The position numbers and the translations under genes were made by a program. 64,000 nucleotides of DNA, taken from Obrimoposthia wandeli (taxonomy: Eukaryota). How positions within the stretch are numbered: the stretch's first letter is position 1; every line of letters begins with the position of its first letter. Where the stretch lies: assembly GCA_977020255.1 (NCBI GenBank), contig CDROCS010002233.1, positions 186,001 through 250,000 on the forward strand, written 5' to 3'. Shown here in pieces: positions 22,450 through 36,350 of this stretch. The notes under the pieces are model-generated. The model was not told where the DNA came from, searched no databases, and saw only the letters and a list, made by a program, of their open reading frames with translations.

Positions 22450-25400
22450 TGCACAATCTACACTCACTCTTCCAACAATCTATCAAAACTGAAGCAAATC
22501 TCTACGTAGAAACCATCTGAAACAGAAGTGAGTAATGCTATTATAGGTTTCTTTCTTTCTGCATCATTACTCTCTTTTTGAAAACTTGAACTTGTTGGCC
22601 ACTCTTTGATAGACATTCTGGTACATGTCATAACAATTTATTCTTATCACATTGAAATTCGTCACCTTATTCTTTCATTACCTTATTCTTATCACATTGA
22701 AATTCGTCACTGTATTTTGTTGAATTTTGTTGATACGGAACGTATCGCCATTGTTCAGGAATTGTGTCTTCTTGTAATCGTCCTACGCGATTAGCAACGA
22801 ATGTTTTATATCACCAGCTGGGTTGTTTTATCCACCAAAGAACGGTATAACTGTCCCACCAAAACACAACTGCCTTGTTGTTTTTCTTTGTCAATCGACT
22901 ACCTTCACATGCCACTATTAGCTCTAATCTTACCGACTTTAAAGGTGTAACTCTTGCTTTTGATGCAATTAGTCGAACTTTCACTTTATACAAATTGGTT
23001 TCTCGGATAAAAGATATGGCTCCATAAGCTTCAATAGAAACATCCACAAATAAATGTATCTTTGAAGCCTTGCCATCTGTTTTTATCAAGCAATTTTGAA
23101 TTTGAACCTCAATTAAAGCCAGACAACCTTTTATCCTATTTTAAATATCTTCTTTCAAAACGTTACTTAAACTGTCATCCTATCCACTTCCAGTTAATCA
23201 AATGTGCTGCATTATTATCTTAGCAACTATCACAGCAAGGTTTATTAATTCTAAAGGATCGAATATTCTGGTCAAATAACCTAAAAACTTTATCTTGGTA
23301 AATACATGGCCATCATTCAAATTTATTGAAAACGGAAAAACATTATGTGTCACTAGCCAGCTTATTCCTCAAGTTTTTTGTTATTATATTGAGCCTTCGT
23401 CGTGTATTTGTTGTCCACTGGCTCAATTCTCAAATAGTATGATTTACATCGTCATAATTGTTAATCCACTTCTTCGCCACCATTCCAACTTCTTTCCAAA
23501 CTTCAGTCAAATAATCTTTCAAACTTATTGCTTCTTCCACTGAGTTAATCAAATCTAACGTGTTGTCCATACCGGTTCTTCGTGAGGTTTGATTGAATGT
23601 AAAAGTATTTTCTCTCATCATTAACTCTGCTAACAATGGTGGCGTGTTAAATCCAAAAATAACTCTTTAATATTCATAAATCCACAGTTTCCCTTCGTTA
23701 TTCTGTCACAGAAATCTTAACCATATTCGGTCCTCTTGATTAACAACTATTTGCAAATATATTTCAGAAACATCAAACACTATAGCTACTTTTTATTTGA
23801 AACGAAAAAGTAACTTTGCCAAATTACCTTGTAGTTTAGGTCCGCATCTCATTTCTTTTTGCTACAGCTTCAAATTCGATACGAATCTTTGTGGTTTTTT
23901 ATGCATTCGGATAACTGGAAAGTGAAGCAAATATTTTTTTTGTATTTTCATCCTTTGATGCATCTACCACCTTTAAATATCCTTTCTCTATTTGGTTATC
24001 GATTAAAAAATTATATTCTCTCTGCAAAAATACATCCTTATTTCGTCGTATATACAAACATTCCTATCTATTTAATACAAAACTTTTAACTTAGGAGTAA
24101 TTTATTTTATTTTGTTTCCACGGTATTTTAATTGAGTACTGCCAATCTACTCTCGTAAATGACTTAACCGTTGAAAGATATATCTATCTATCGGTTTTAG
24201 ACATCTCAAATTCGTCATTGTCATTATTTTCTCAAAATCTTCTTGTTTGAACGTCAAGCTCAATATTTTTTGAAAATGCGTGAATGAAATTTGTTTATCT
24301 ACGCATTTTTATCCTAGTGGAGTTAATCTGGCTACAGAATCATCTCGATTTCAAACGATTTTATTAATTGACCATTGTAGTTCAAATTGGTCAGTATTAA
24401 GGATTATATAAATTTAACTGTATTTTTCTATCGAAGATTTTAGATGATTCCAATTTCTTGCTGCATCTACCCAATCTATTTAAATCGGCTGCACCTTTTT
24501 TAACAACAAAACATTTATAAATCTCCTTATCTGTCTAATATAACTTTGAATTTTGCAGTTTACCTCCTTACAAATCATTACCTTATTTCTTCCTCCAATC
24601 GTTCCAATATACATGGACTTCATGTAGTCTTTTAAATATAGATAGTCAACAATCTTGTCACTAATAAAACTGGCTGTACTGATTTTTACAACTTCTGTAA
24701 CTTCTTAAGTGAGATATCTCATGTCCATCAACATATTTCCTCGACTTGTAATCGTTAACGTTAACCCTGTATAACAGCTAATGATGTTTGAAGATACATC
24801 CTTATTTTTAACAAAATTTTGTATGTCTACAAGCTTTACCCAATCAGCATTTTTTAAACAAACCTTACAGATACCCATATTTTTTATCCAATTTATTCTT
24901 TTTTCTACTTTTATTAGCTTTCATTTTTTGCACTGATCAGTATATGATAAGTTAAATATTTGTTTAAGTTCATGGGATTTTGACACTGGGATTCTGTATT
25001 TGCAGCTAAACTTGAAGACCGTGCGTTTTCTAGAAGCGCACCCAATTGAACCACTGCAGTCTCTTCAAGGTGTCACTAGATGCCACACAGCGCCAGCCAC
25101 CGGCGATCCTTGGCCATCCCTAACCACAGACATATAGGAACGTGCTGCAGCACCACTTTCACTGGCTATCATCAATTCACCATCTCTGTCAGTATCGAGT
25201 GCGGTACAGCCGCAGTCTATGTCAACCCCTTTGCAAGCCCAGAGGTTACCTTACCGCTTTTTGGTAAGGGGCCCTGACTCAGGGCTTAACTGGAACTCAT
25301 TCTTCATACTCTTCAGGATATGTTTATAATGGCCCCTCGCTACTTGGCACGCATCTATTTCATCTAACCTCGCTGAACAAGCTTAAGCCCCAAACTCAAT

Positions 25401-25700
25401 CACTCTGAGATTATGTGCACTTATAAACGTTGTTATTGTTTCAGTTTTCACAAGATAGTGATCGACTACAACTAAGACACATATTTCCACATGGAACTTC
25501 TTCAATCGCTTCGACATCTCTGCTCATCTTTCATCTTTCGTGGTATAACCACGCTTCTGATACCATTTGATGCTCTTCAAAATAGCATCTTCTCGAATTT
25601 ACATACAGGTTGATTAAAGTTGGTTTTATCTCAACGCATCGGTTCATGCTCATTAACAATCTGATTCTGTTTACTAAAAGTCATTATAAATTCTTAAAAA
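22450..25700 (-). mobile_element. BEL/Pao LTR retrotransposon relic (RT and RNase H regions)
   Basis: IHLFVDVSIEAYGAISFIR...VRLIASKARVTPLKSVRLEL is the Pao RNase H signature. DNTLDLINSVEEAISLKDYL...KKWINN is the RT C-terminal part. The outer limits are approximate. Confidence 0.8.
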
Positions 25701-28043
25701 TATATGCTTCACTGTACTATCACATGTATTTTAAGACCAGTGAACCTCGAAATCAAACTTTACAAACTGCATATCAATTGTAAACATCACAAATTCAAAC
25801 TTATTTCCTAGCGACAAAAAAATCACAAACTGTACATTTACAAAACATCTGCAAGAAAAATAATACGCACTCTAAATTGCAACAATCACACAAAACCGGT
25901 TTTTATTGGCCCAAATTCAAATCAAAATTGAATTTTACTAATTGCTGATTAAGCTAACTGCTTAATCAGCAATTAGTCATCAACTATTTTTACTTGAAAA
26001 ATCTTTTTTTATTTAAGAGTTATGATCTTCCAAACACATAGTCCAGAACAGCCTGTTTTGCAAGGCGTGATTTTTTCTCATTGATTGACTATTTTTTATT
26101 TACTTTTTACTGACAAAAATGCACTCTTTTTACTGACTAGTTAAATCATACCCTATTTAAAAATTGTGTTTGTCTTCTGTTCTTTTCTGACAGTTTTTTT
26201 ATATACCCCTTAATTTTGTGAAAAATAACCGGAACGCTAATATGGACCTATTTTAACATATTTGTAAGAGACTGACAAACATTTGATTATTATTTAAGAT
26301 TTTTTGCGCAAACATATTTTATTTGTCAATAAATATTTAATGTTAGATTATTAAAAAATATTTTCTTAAATGACTGATTTTGGTTATTTTTGGTCAACCT
26401 TAGCAAAAATACTGACAATTGATAAGTTTACCGTATTGTCCTAAGTATGTCTTGGAAATTTGTAACCATTTTAAAGCTCCAACATATTTTTTAAAGTTAT
26501 TAAAACTACATATATATTAGGTATTTATCTGAGTTTTACTTTTAATGTTTAGTTTTATACTTCTACATATGTATTATTTAATTCTTTTAGAATTAAACTA
26601 TAAAATCCGTTTTACATTTGCTACATTTGTGAGCAACTACATGCAAGATATTGCAAGAATTTTGAAGGATGAATCCCATGAAGGGTAAATTTAGATGAAA
26701 CATTTCAAACAAGCACCTTGAAATTTCATTAAGAATTGCAACCACTTACATCGAACTAGACAATAGATTCACAAATATACTCTACCAGGGCTCTTCTGTT
26801 TCTCAACATGGATAAAATAAATAGTCAGTATTATGCTTGTTTTTGTGATAGTCTACTAACAATAGTAAGTAGATGCATTCAGCAAAATAACAATTTAGAA
26901 ATCAGATCATAGTAATTTATTAGTAAACATTTTAACTTGGGATAATAAAGATTCAATAAATAAAAAGTATAACATTTTCAAAAAACGATTAAAGTATTAG
27001 AAATAATTGATCTTAAAGATCGTTTTCAAAATACTAATAATGGAAATAAATTAAAATTCTTTTTTTAATGACATACTAAAATATAAACATAAGAAGTTAT
27101 ATTCCAATAAAATTATTCTTATTTCTGATAATGAAAATAAAATGAATATTTTCGATTATACGGATTTGGGTACCATTTATAGGCCCGGTAGATAATCAGA
27201 TAGCAATAATTAAGGATGTCATTTTTAAAATTTCATTTGAAGGGATTTTTTCATCGATTTAATAATCTGAGTATTTAGGATGGTTTAAATTAGTATAAAA
27301 TCTAACTGTTATCTATTGTATCCTTTAGTGACCTTTACATTTGTTTGTAACAAATCAAAAGGATCCAAATGCGTATAAATTCCAAATATTCAAATATAGG
27401 AAGAAAATAATTTGATCTTTCACCCAATTTTATCTATAACAATATACATACAATGTTAAACCGATAAACCTAAACTTTCTAATCCCAAACAGAATCACAT
27501 AGTTATTTACATACTACAATGAAATTAATGATCCCTGTGAAGTAAATTCTAATACTCGTCTTTGAAATGTCGACTGTTCAAATTAAATTACGTGATCCAG
27601 CAAATTGGCCTATTGGGGCCGAATATAATTGTTGCACTTAAAGTACTTGTCTGGTTTTATAACCAAATAGTTTTATAAACGCCATTATAATCATAATGAA
27701 TTTCGTGATTTCTTAGTCTTTCCGGTGGAAATCTGTATCCTGATGTAACTGAGGCAAAGGCAACAATTGATCAAATTAATTTCCAGATCATCGGCTTGAC
27801 TGTTTTCATAGGCTTTGAAAATTTATAAAACTTATATTTTGAGATTCACTCTTTGATGCTTTGTTTAATTAACAATGTCGAAAACAGTATTTTATACGCT
27901 GCAGCAATAATTTTGACTATTTTATTTTAGGAAACAAACAGTGAAAAGATTTCATTATTTCATGGAAGAACACTTTTGCTTCAAGCAAAACCAGATATAA
28001 TTTTTTATTGAATTACAATGTAGCAGATGAAGAGGTAACTTAC

Positions 28044-28412
28044 TCAAATGCGGCGGCAGTGGAAGGACATATGTCGTCAGAGCCAGAATAGTTGCCTGTA
28101 ACTATGCTACCCTCATCGTCCTTGCAGGTGGTCGCAGCATGCTGAGATGACTGAGGAGGCGGCGGAGGCAGCAGGGAGGACACAATGGCAGCGGCCACAC
28201 TGTTGGGCTCTGGCAAGTCCCCAGCAGACGAAGAGGTTCCAACACCGCCGCTACCACCACTCCCGCTACACAGACTGGCGGCCACTAGCTCCTCGAGACT
28301 GCTCATGAAGCTGTTGAGGCCATTTGTGTTGTTGGCGGCAGGATGTTTGCTGGTTTCAGTGGCCCTCGGACTACCGGAATTGCTGGAGCAGGGACTATTT
28401 ATGACATGGTCT
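28044..28412 (-). CDS. E93: E93-like internal exon (Ser/Gly/Pro-rich)
   Basis: ATGCAG|A acceptor (phase 2, matches the upstream donor), open frame, and GA|GTAAGT donor. Confidence 0.78.
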
Positions 28413-28499
28413 CTGCATGAATTACATTAACAATTAAATTAATTCTAAAAAATTAAGTTTTTTAGGGAAAAAAATTTTGTGTTTATATAAAATATTTAA

Positions 28500-28720
28500 T
28501 CAGACTGAAAAACGTTTTTTTAATTGACTTCGATCTGATAAGTTCTTTGCTCATTTACAAGCTGTGATTCCATAAATAACAACAGTTTCTACATAACACG
28601 ACAATATGTGTGTGTATAGCATGCCTCTATCACTTTAGAAACATATCCGTTCTCAATAATTTTGTCATCAATATCAGTCAATGTTATGAAATCCAATCAT
28701 TAATAACTATGAAACATAAT
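28500..28720 (-). mobile_element. Third L2 3' fragment
   Basis: AGCTGTGATTCCATAAATAAC...GTTCTCAATAA block shared with 18410-18510. Confidence 0.55.
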
Positions 28721-29274
28721 GTAGCCTGCAGAATGGCTAGAGATAGAATTTTTCATATTTAGTCTGTCCCGATGATATCAGATTAATTCATACTATATCA
28801 CCAGTAAAATGCCCCACTAGACATTCATTTGAATTCGTATGACTTCAATGAAGAAAGCCACATATCGTACTTATTTGAAATTTGAAAATAAGTAGAGCCC
28901 GTTACAACCCAGTATTTCTAATTATTCTAATTTTGAACAGGCTTTTCCAATACTTATAGTTCCAACTGAACTTGGGTAAAGAAACAGGCAAACAACAGCT
29001 TTTAAACACGAATTTTCCGTAGAATTAATGGTCGGATTGTGTTTGTCCTGTCATTTTCATAGCACACTGACCAGGCTAGTCACAACTCCACATTAGACAC
29101 AAGATTCTCTTTTTCTTACGAACTGTGTTTTTTCTGATTCTTGCTTTCAATATTGGTCAGTTAAATGTCTTAAAGGATAAACATAATATTACTTATAACC
29201 ACTACCTAAAAGGTGACATAGGTCAGTGATAAAAACAAACAATTTTAAGATGTTGTAGTGCAAAACAAACTTAC

Positions 29275-29753
29275 TTGCGCCTACAGTGGTTCTCAGAAAA
29301 CGCCTTATTTGGTGCTCCAACCAAATAGGGAAACTCAAATTCCAAGTTAGGAATTGAATTTGTGGAGCTGGATGTCTTATTGCAACAATTGGTATCACGC
29401 GTGGTCTTCTTGTTGTGCTGATTGTTGGTTGCAGAGAAATCCGCACTGCTGGCTGTGTTATGCTGTTGGTCAAATGGCGAGGCAGAGTAGGGATTGGTCC
29501 ATGGCTGGTGGTGGTGGGGATGGGGTGGTGGCAGTGGTAATGGAGGCGGGCTGTGGCGGTAATGGTGCAGTCGCTGGTGACCACTGTGAGGGGTGTCACT
29601 ACCAGGAACAGTGGGTGGTAAGAACATGGAGCTGTACATAGATGAGAAGAGGCTTTGCTGGAACAGCATATGAATGTAGCTGCTCATGATGCTTTGTAGG
29701 TGACCTGATGCAGCGGTGTTGGAGCTGCTTCCGGGTACACCGAGGTTGGACAT
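29275..29753 (-). CDS. E93: E93-like internal exon (His/Pro/Ser-rich)
   Basis: GCAG|ATG acceptor (phase 0) and AA|GTAAGT donor (phase 2); phases are consistent with both neighbouring exons. Confidence 0.78.
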
Positions 29754-30701
29754 CTGCTTGCACACATACACACTTCAATTACGTGAACTTTATCATTGAT
29801 TTCGACTTTCTAAAACCTTCAACATCATTGAGAGAAAACTAGATAATGCATTTTTCACTCTACATTCTTTCCTCAAAATGTTATTATAATTGTAAATGAT
29901 CAAAAATCATCAGATGCAGTATTAAATATATGAAATAAACCACTACAAGATTTTCAGATTCTTTTAGAGGCTTCAGATATTACAATTGTCAAATAAGTCT
30001 GGCTTATAGTCAGAAGCTTAGAGCGCCATTTTTTGTTGTTTTTTTCCTTTAACCCATTTTACGTTTAAGGAGAACATGAGATCTTAGTAGTATTCTCAAA
30101 GCTTCATGCTCCATAAATATTATGGTTATAAATTTATAATTATATTGTGTTAATAGGACGAAAGTAAAAAATATGTGCGGCGTATTTTTTTCGTAAAGTA
30201 CCAAGAATCGTAATTTAGTTTTGTAGTAATGTTTCGACAAGATCAAATAACGTAAAAAATTGTCTCAAGTCCAGTTGTACCTCTTCATACCTCGAGTTAG
30301 ATCTAACACTACATGTATTCCTTGATTTTTTTTCCAGGTACATTTCCAGGCAGCTTCTCTGTATAACAATGCTTTATAATCGCGCGCTTTTCAAATTTTA
30401 AATGGGCTAAATTGACCCGAGGGTACTAGGTGTAAAAACTGCATTTTATACTTAAAAACAAAAGCTGGAAAAGAAATTATCCCAAACTGTTTAATATCAC
30501 CGAATAATAAAAGTCACGGAACGACATATCGTTATCCCAAGAATAATATAAGTTATGGGCAGATTTTGTTCACTTTCGGGCTAAAATTACCCGAAGAGCC
30601 GAGGAAGGTTAAAACAGTTCACTCACAAAACTCAGCTAAAAGTATTCCGATATGTTAATTATAATCGAAAGTAAAAGATAATAAGAAATTTTGCAACTAA
30701 C

Positions 30702-30976
30702 ATGTGAATATTCCTGTTGTAAGAGTGAGCTGATAAAGTCAGGAATGTGGGATGATATGTTGTTGTTGTTGTTGTTGTAACCATGCAGATCCGACGACAT
30801 AGCAAAGTTGAATGGCAAGTTCATGTTGCTGAGGGGGCCATTCTCATCGTCTGGCGAGTAGGCCTCTTCCCGGGCTTCCAAGCCGTGTCGAGACGGGTTT
30901 GATATATGCTTTTGGTTTCTGTTGATAGCGTCATGCAGCTCCTTCTTGAACAGCTCTTTGTTGCTCACGTGACTTT
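30702..30976 (-). CDS. E93: E93-like internal exon (poly-Asn)
   Basis: Open GC-richer frame with CAT|GTTAGT donor (phase 0). The TCCAG acceptor is phase 1 and does not match the phase-0 donor at 55952, so an exon is missing or an indel is present. Confidence 0.65.
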
Positions 30977-31729
30977 CTGGATTTCAAAATACGTTGTAGA
31001 GGTTGTAAATCTTTCAGTTCATGTAATGTAAGCTTGGAAAATTGTGTATTATAAAATTGAAAGTATAATAATTTTTTTTATATAGTATAACAAATTTATA
31101 TAGTATAACAAATTTAAAAAATCAATATGCCGTTATTTTAATATTATCAAACATTTATTTTATTTTTTTAAGGCTTAATTGAATTTCTGTCTTCGCCAGA
31201 TGCATTACGCATTTTTGTGTTGGATTTGCATTATTGTTGGAACCGGCTATCGGTTGTCTAATTTCCCAGGTCATTAAATTAAAAAAAAATCAATTTGTTT
31301 TCAAATATTTTTATACAAAATTAGGAATTTTAAAGAAATCTTCGATTTAAATAAATATTAATTATTTAGTAAACTTTATTTTTTCTTTGCTGTATAAGAT
31401 TTTCAAATATACGCAAATTTTGGGAAGTAAACTTCAGTCGAAATAAATAGATATTTATAAATAAGAACAAATAAAAAATAAGAAATATTTAAAAAGTAAT
31501 ATTCGGTTGAGATATTTATGGCCGCCTCTGATTTGCATATTTTTGTAAAATAATATTATTTTAACTAACTTAAAATCCAGATAAGCCACATTGGTATACA
31601 TAGCAAAAATTATTAATTTACTTATTAAAGTGGCACCGATATTTATGTTATATTTGATAATACGTTTTTAATGGATAAATTATTTTCAACTAATTCATTA
31701 ATAAACATTTCTGTCTTCAGTAAAAATGT

Positions 31730-32240
31730 GAAATGGCAATATTAACTTTTGTTTTTAATATTTAATATAAATCAGTTTTGTGTAATTTAAATATACATGC
31801 CTAGAACGTAACAATGGCGCCACAGAGCAGCGATGAGCTAATACTAGAATTTGTCAGTCCAAAGGAATCAATCGATCAATTATAAGTTAACTATACATCT
31901 AAACCTTATCAATATAAATCAAAAAGGAAAATTTAATTCACAATTGCAAATTTTGGGTATCAGATCATAAAGCAATGCAATGTCTTGCTTATGTAAAAAC
32001 ATGCTCAATATGCAGTAGATTAAAACATTATGCAAGAGTGTGTTTATCAAAGAAAAGTGTCAATTTTACTAATGAGACTAATCAAGAAGATAATTATTAC
32101 GTCACCGACACACAAAAGATAAATATATAATCAATAAAGGTAGAAAGGTAGGGTAAATTATCCCAATGTGCAGCAAGACACGACATCAATTAGATATATA
32201 TGTTAATAAATAGCCCCAAGCTGCTCCTTCTGAACGATTA
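31730..32240 (+). mobile_element. Gypsy 5' remnant (LTR end, PBS, decayed gag)
   Basis: GTAACA|ATGGCGCCACAGAGCAG at ~31807, paralleling GTTACA|ATGGCGTCACGAGCAG at ~58812. Confidence 0.4.
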
Positions 32241-32859
32241 CATTGTTAGGATTAGGTTTTGATTAAAATTAAATAAATAATTGTTTTTATAGTAAAATGA
32301 AAATCCTTGAAAGCAAGGTTAAGAATTAAAGAAATTTTAAAATCAAAGTTAAATTATTAAAATTAAAATAAGAATAAATATTAAGAAGACCACGAAGGTC
32401 GTGTATAATGCGTTGTATATAAAGGTTAGGTTAACTAGTAAAAGTGCAAGCAAAAAAGAAAGAAGATTAACGAAGAAAGTAAAAAAGAAAAATTAATTAA
32501 GAAGAAAATTATATCGAGAAGCAATTAAGCCACGTCAGCAACCGTCAGCAAAGGTAAGCACATTTTAGTGCGATCAATTAATTGCCTTTAATTGCCTAGC
32601 AGATCCGAAGACAGGTGGAAATTAATTGCCTAGCAGATCCGAAGACAGGTGGAATTAGACTATATAAGTCTACGCAATTAGAGACCAACAACAAAAAAGC
32701 CAAACGAAAGAAAAAGGAGCAGCAACAGCGTCAGAGCAACAGCGCAGGTGGTTTTGATTTAGAGGTTAAAATTTTATTTATTGATTTTTAGAATCAGTCG
32801 ACTAACTGATTGGAAAATTCTCAGACTTGCCACGGGAATCAATTTTATTCAACCGAACT

Positions 32860-33130
32860 CAACTCTATTCCGAGCAAATCTATTCCGAGCAATTCTATTC
32901 CGAGCAATTCTATTCCGAGCAACTCTATTCCGAGCAATTCTATTCCGAGCAACTCTATTCCGAGCAAATCTATTCCGAGCAATTCTATTCCGAGCAATTC
33001 TATTCCGAGCAATTCTATTCCGAGCAATTCTATTCCGAGCAATTCTATTCCGAGCAATTCTATTCCGAGCAACTCTATTCCGAGCAACTCTATTCCGAGC
33101 AACTCTATTCCGAACAACTCTATTCCGATA
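32860..33130 (+). repeat. 15-bp minisatellite CAA(T/C/A)TCTATTCCGAG, ~18 copies
   Basis: Read directly; it explains the periodic spurious ORFs (AILFR / SNSIP / YSEQF). Confidence 0.95.
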
Positions 33131-33144
33131 TCAGTAATTAAAGG

Positions 33145-33600
33145 TATAAATACCGCAAAAGTTGAAATTTGCCTTCAATTTAGTAAAAGTTTACATTGTA
33201 ACATTGTTGATATAAAGTTGAAATTTGCCCTCAATTTAGTGAAGTTTTACATTGTAACATTGTTGATATAAAGTTGAAATTTGCCCTCAATTTAGTGAAG
33301 TTTTACATTATAACATTGTTGATATAAAGTTGAAATTTGCCCTCAATTTAGTGAAGTTTTTTGCATTATAACATTTGTTGATATAAAGTTGAAATTTGCC
33401 CTCAATTTAGTGAAGTTTTACATTATAACATTGTTGATATAAAGTTGAAATTTGCCTTCAATTTAGTAAAAGTTTGCATTATAACATTGTTGATATAAAG
33501 TTGAAATTTGCCATAACATTTGTTGATATAAAGTTGAAATTGTCTTCAATTTAATAAAAGCTTTGCATTATAACATTTGTTGAGATAAAGTTAAAGTTGT
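33145..33600 (+). repeat. ~57-bp tandem repeat GTTGATATAAAGTTGAAATTTGCCCTCAATTTAGTGAAGTTTTACATTATAACATT, ~8 copies
   Basis: Read directly. Confidence 0.92.
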
Positions 33601-34599
33601 ACATTAAAGTTAAATTGATTTGAAAAATCTATAACTTGAGCTTATTCGCGGGTTAGAGGAACGACTCTAAAATCTCGATCACCCTTAACATAAAATCGAT
33701 ACGTGGTTCATCCCCACTTGTGTAGAGACTTACAGAAGTCTTAGGAATTTTTACTATAACTTTTTAGAAAATACGTACGTAAACGTATTGTTGTGTTTTA
33801 GTCTAGTGTGTTAACAATAAACGATTTCCTACATTAGAAAACGTTGTTTTAAACCCTTCAGATTAAGAGACGTCAAAACAAACACCTTCAGATAAGCAAT
33901 TGAGACAGGCAACCATAACACTAAGTAGGCCACGACCAACTTTAAGACCTGCTTCTATTAGAACTCACGTTGGGGCCCTCCGCACACAAGAGGATCTATA
34001 CAAGTCTCGTATAGAAACCCCAACAACATCGATTTCTGTAATAATAGTAATAATTATAGTCTGCAATAATTTTTTGTTTACTTTAATAACAGTAATAAAT
34101 ATGGTCAGCAATAATTCTTATTTTTTGTAGCAATTTTAAAATGTGTCTTAGAAATTATATCTCTATATGCTTAACAATTTTTTATTTTCTGTCGTTAGTG
34201 ACATATAAATTTGCAGACACACACATGTAAATTGGCACCACTTTATAATAATTTCTACGTTTTATAGAGTGATTATGTTTTACAAGTATCCAATATGTGT
34301 CCACAAAATCTACAAACCATTGGTTTATTTGTAATTATACATTATCTATATTGTATTATTTAATTTGGTTGTTTTAAGAATTTTATAGTTAAATTTGGAT
34401 TTGTTTGTGATTTTTCTATGTATTTTTCTGTACTTTTTTTTAGAAAACAAAATTTGGTTTCCTTTATATTCTTCTAATGAGGGGTTTTTCGAAATTGTCT
34501 CATTTAGTTAAATTTTCCATTTTATCATTATTTTAATTTTGTTTATGTGTTTTGCTGTTGTTTCTAAAATTGCATCTTGATATTTGTGATTTTTTATAA

Positions 34600-36350
34600 T
34601 TCTTTGATAATTTGTATTACTTTGTGAATTCGATCAGATTTTACTTTTGTATTGTGTTTATCCATATAGATTTTCTGTTTGTATTATTTTGTCTTTATGA
34701 GTTTAGTATTGTTAACATTTGTAATACAGTCTTTTTTACATTTGATCTCAAATCGTATTTGTGGTTTTTTACAGTTGAGTTTTCTTCAAGTACTTGTTGA
34801 CATAAATTTATGTGTACTCTTATTTCTTTTAGTTTTGGGTCATTTTCGAGTTTGGCTGTTATATTAGTTCCGTTATTACTAATTATTGTATATGAACCTT
34901 TGTATAGCATAGCTAATTTGTGAGATAGACCGACTGTAATTTGTGAGTTGTGATTCATTATTTTACTTACAATTTTTATTTCGGACTATCTAGTTAGTCA
35001 GTTGTAATATTCTTTATAGATTTAAATTTTTTTAAAATAATTAACTTACTTTTGTGAATGGTAGAATTAGTCTTTTACTAATTTCTTTTTTCATATTCTG
35101 GTATTTCTATTAGTTGGGACTATCTATGGGACTTTCTATACTATTGAGTTGGGACTATGTTATTCACAATATGTTATTAATGTCTAATAGACATTGTCTA
35201 TATGTGTACTCTGCAATCAAAATCTTTTGTATATATAAAATATGTTTCTTGGTTTACTTGATATAATTTTGTATTTTTAATTTTTAATTTTTACTTCTTT
35301 TGGGTCAGCCTCTGTGCATTGTTGTAAATCCATTAAAGAAAATTTGTTTGAATTTTATATTTTGAACAGTCATAAGCTTCTAAAGCCCTACATGGTTTTA
35401 TCATGTTCATAATTAGACATATTGTTATTATTATCTGAATAATTTTCCATAAACTCTGTATAATTTTTAAATTTTTTTATATTTTGTAAAATATTTTATT
35501 TGTGACTTTTTTGTGTTTTACGTTTTTTGTTTTGTTTTATTTTCTTATCTTGTGTTTAAGTAGTTTGGTTTGTTTTTGTTATTGTATATTTAATCTTTTG
35601 AAATGTTAAACAACCGTCTCTAAACATGTCTCCAAATTCAGATTGTACGTTTGTTTTATCTGTATGCGGTTCATTATTATGGTATTGTTGATGTATTTCT
35701 CTGTAGCAATTATTTATATCTTTAAGTCTTAATTTTAATAACGCAAGTTCGTCTGTGTTTGGAGCTGTTTCTGCATTTTCAATAGTGTGTATAGGATTTC
35801 TGGGAGTATATTGTTGATCTTGAGTATTAAATTGTACTGTTTTTTGAATTTGTGGATGCTATTTTATTGTTGTGTTTCTAAATTGATTCATCATTGTGTT
35901 CGTTATTTGTTTTTATGTTAGATGGTTCTGGTATTGCCGCTGTTTCCGCTGTTTCTGACAAATTGTATAAGCCAGATATTTGTGGCGAGGGTAAACTTTC
36001 TTTATTAGAAGTTAATGTTAGATTTAGGTGTGATTATTGTTGATAGTGGGCTTTTTGTTTAAATTGTTTCAGTTGTAAGAATGTTTGTTAAACTTGCTGA
36101 ATCGCTAGAGAATGTTTGATATTTGTTTTGAGAAAGTGATGAAGTTCAAGGAAAACTTCGTTTTTGCTTATTTATTTTGTTTAATTAATGTGCAAATTTC
36201 TTGTTTGTTTGTGTTTATTCGTATAATCTTCAAATTTAGTTTGATTTTAAAATCGTCGAGTGTATTTAAGAGATATGCATTATATTCTCAAATTAGTGTG
36301 TGATAGATTGGAGTACCAATGCTTCCATAGTATTTTGTAACTATATAACT
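34600..36350 (-). mobile_element. Ty3/Gypsy relic (gag-like to integrase C-terminus)
   Basis: SHKLAMLYKGSYTII...IRVHIN resembles the integrase GPY/F module. The upstream part is heavily decayed. Confidence 0.5.

Larger units (their letters stand above)
32246..34030 (+). mobile_element. LTR copy (family of 4027-5050) interrupted by minisatellites
   Basis: Starts TGTTAGGATTAGG, ends CCCCAACA(ACA), and shares the TAGAACTCACG block. Confidence 0.5.

Noticed and set aside
32781-33271. Periodic ORFs (AILFR, SNSIP, YSEQF, GIELL)
   Set aside because: Artefacts of a stop-free 15-bp minisatellite.
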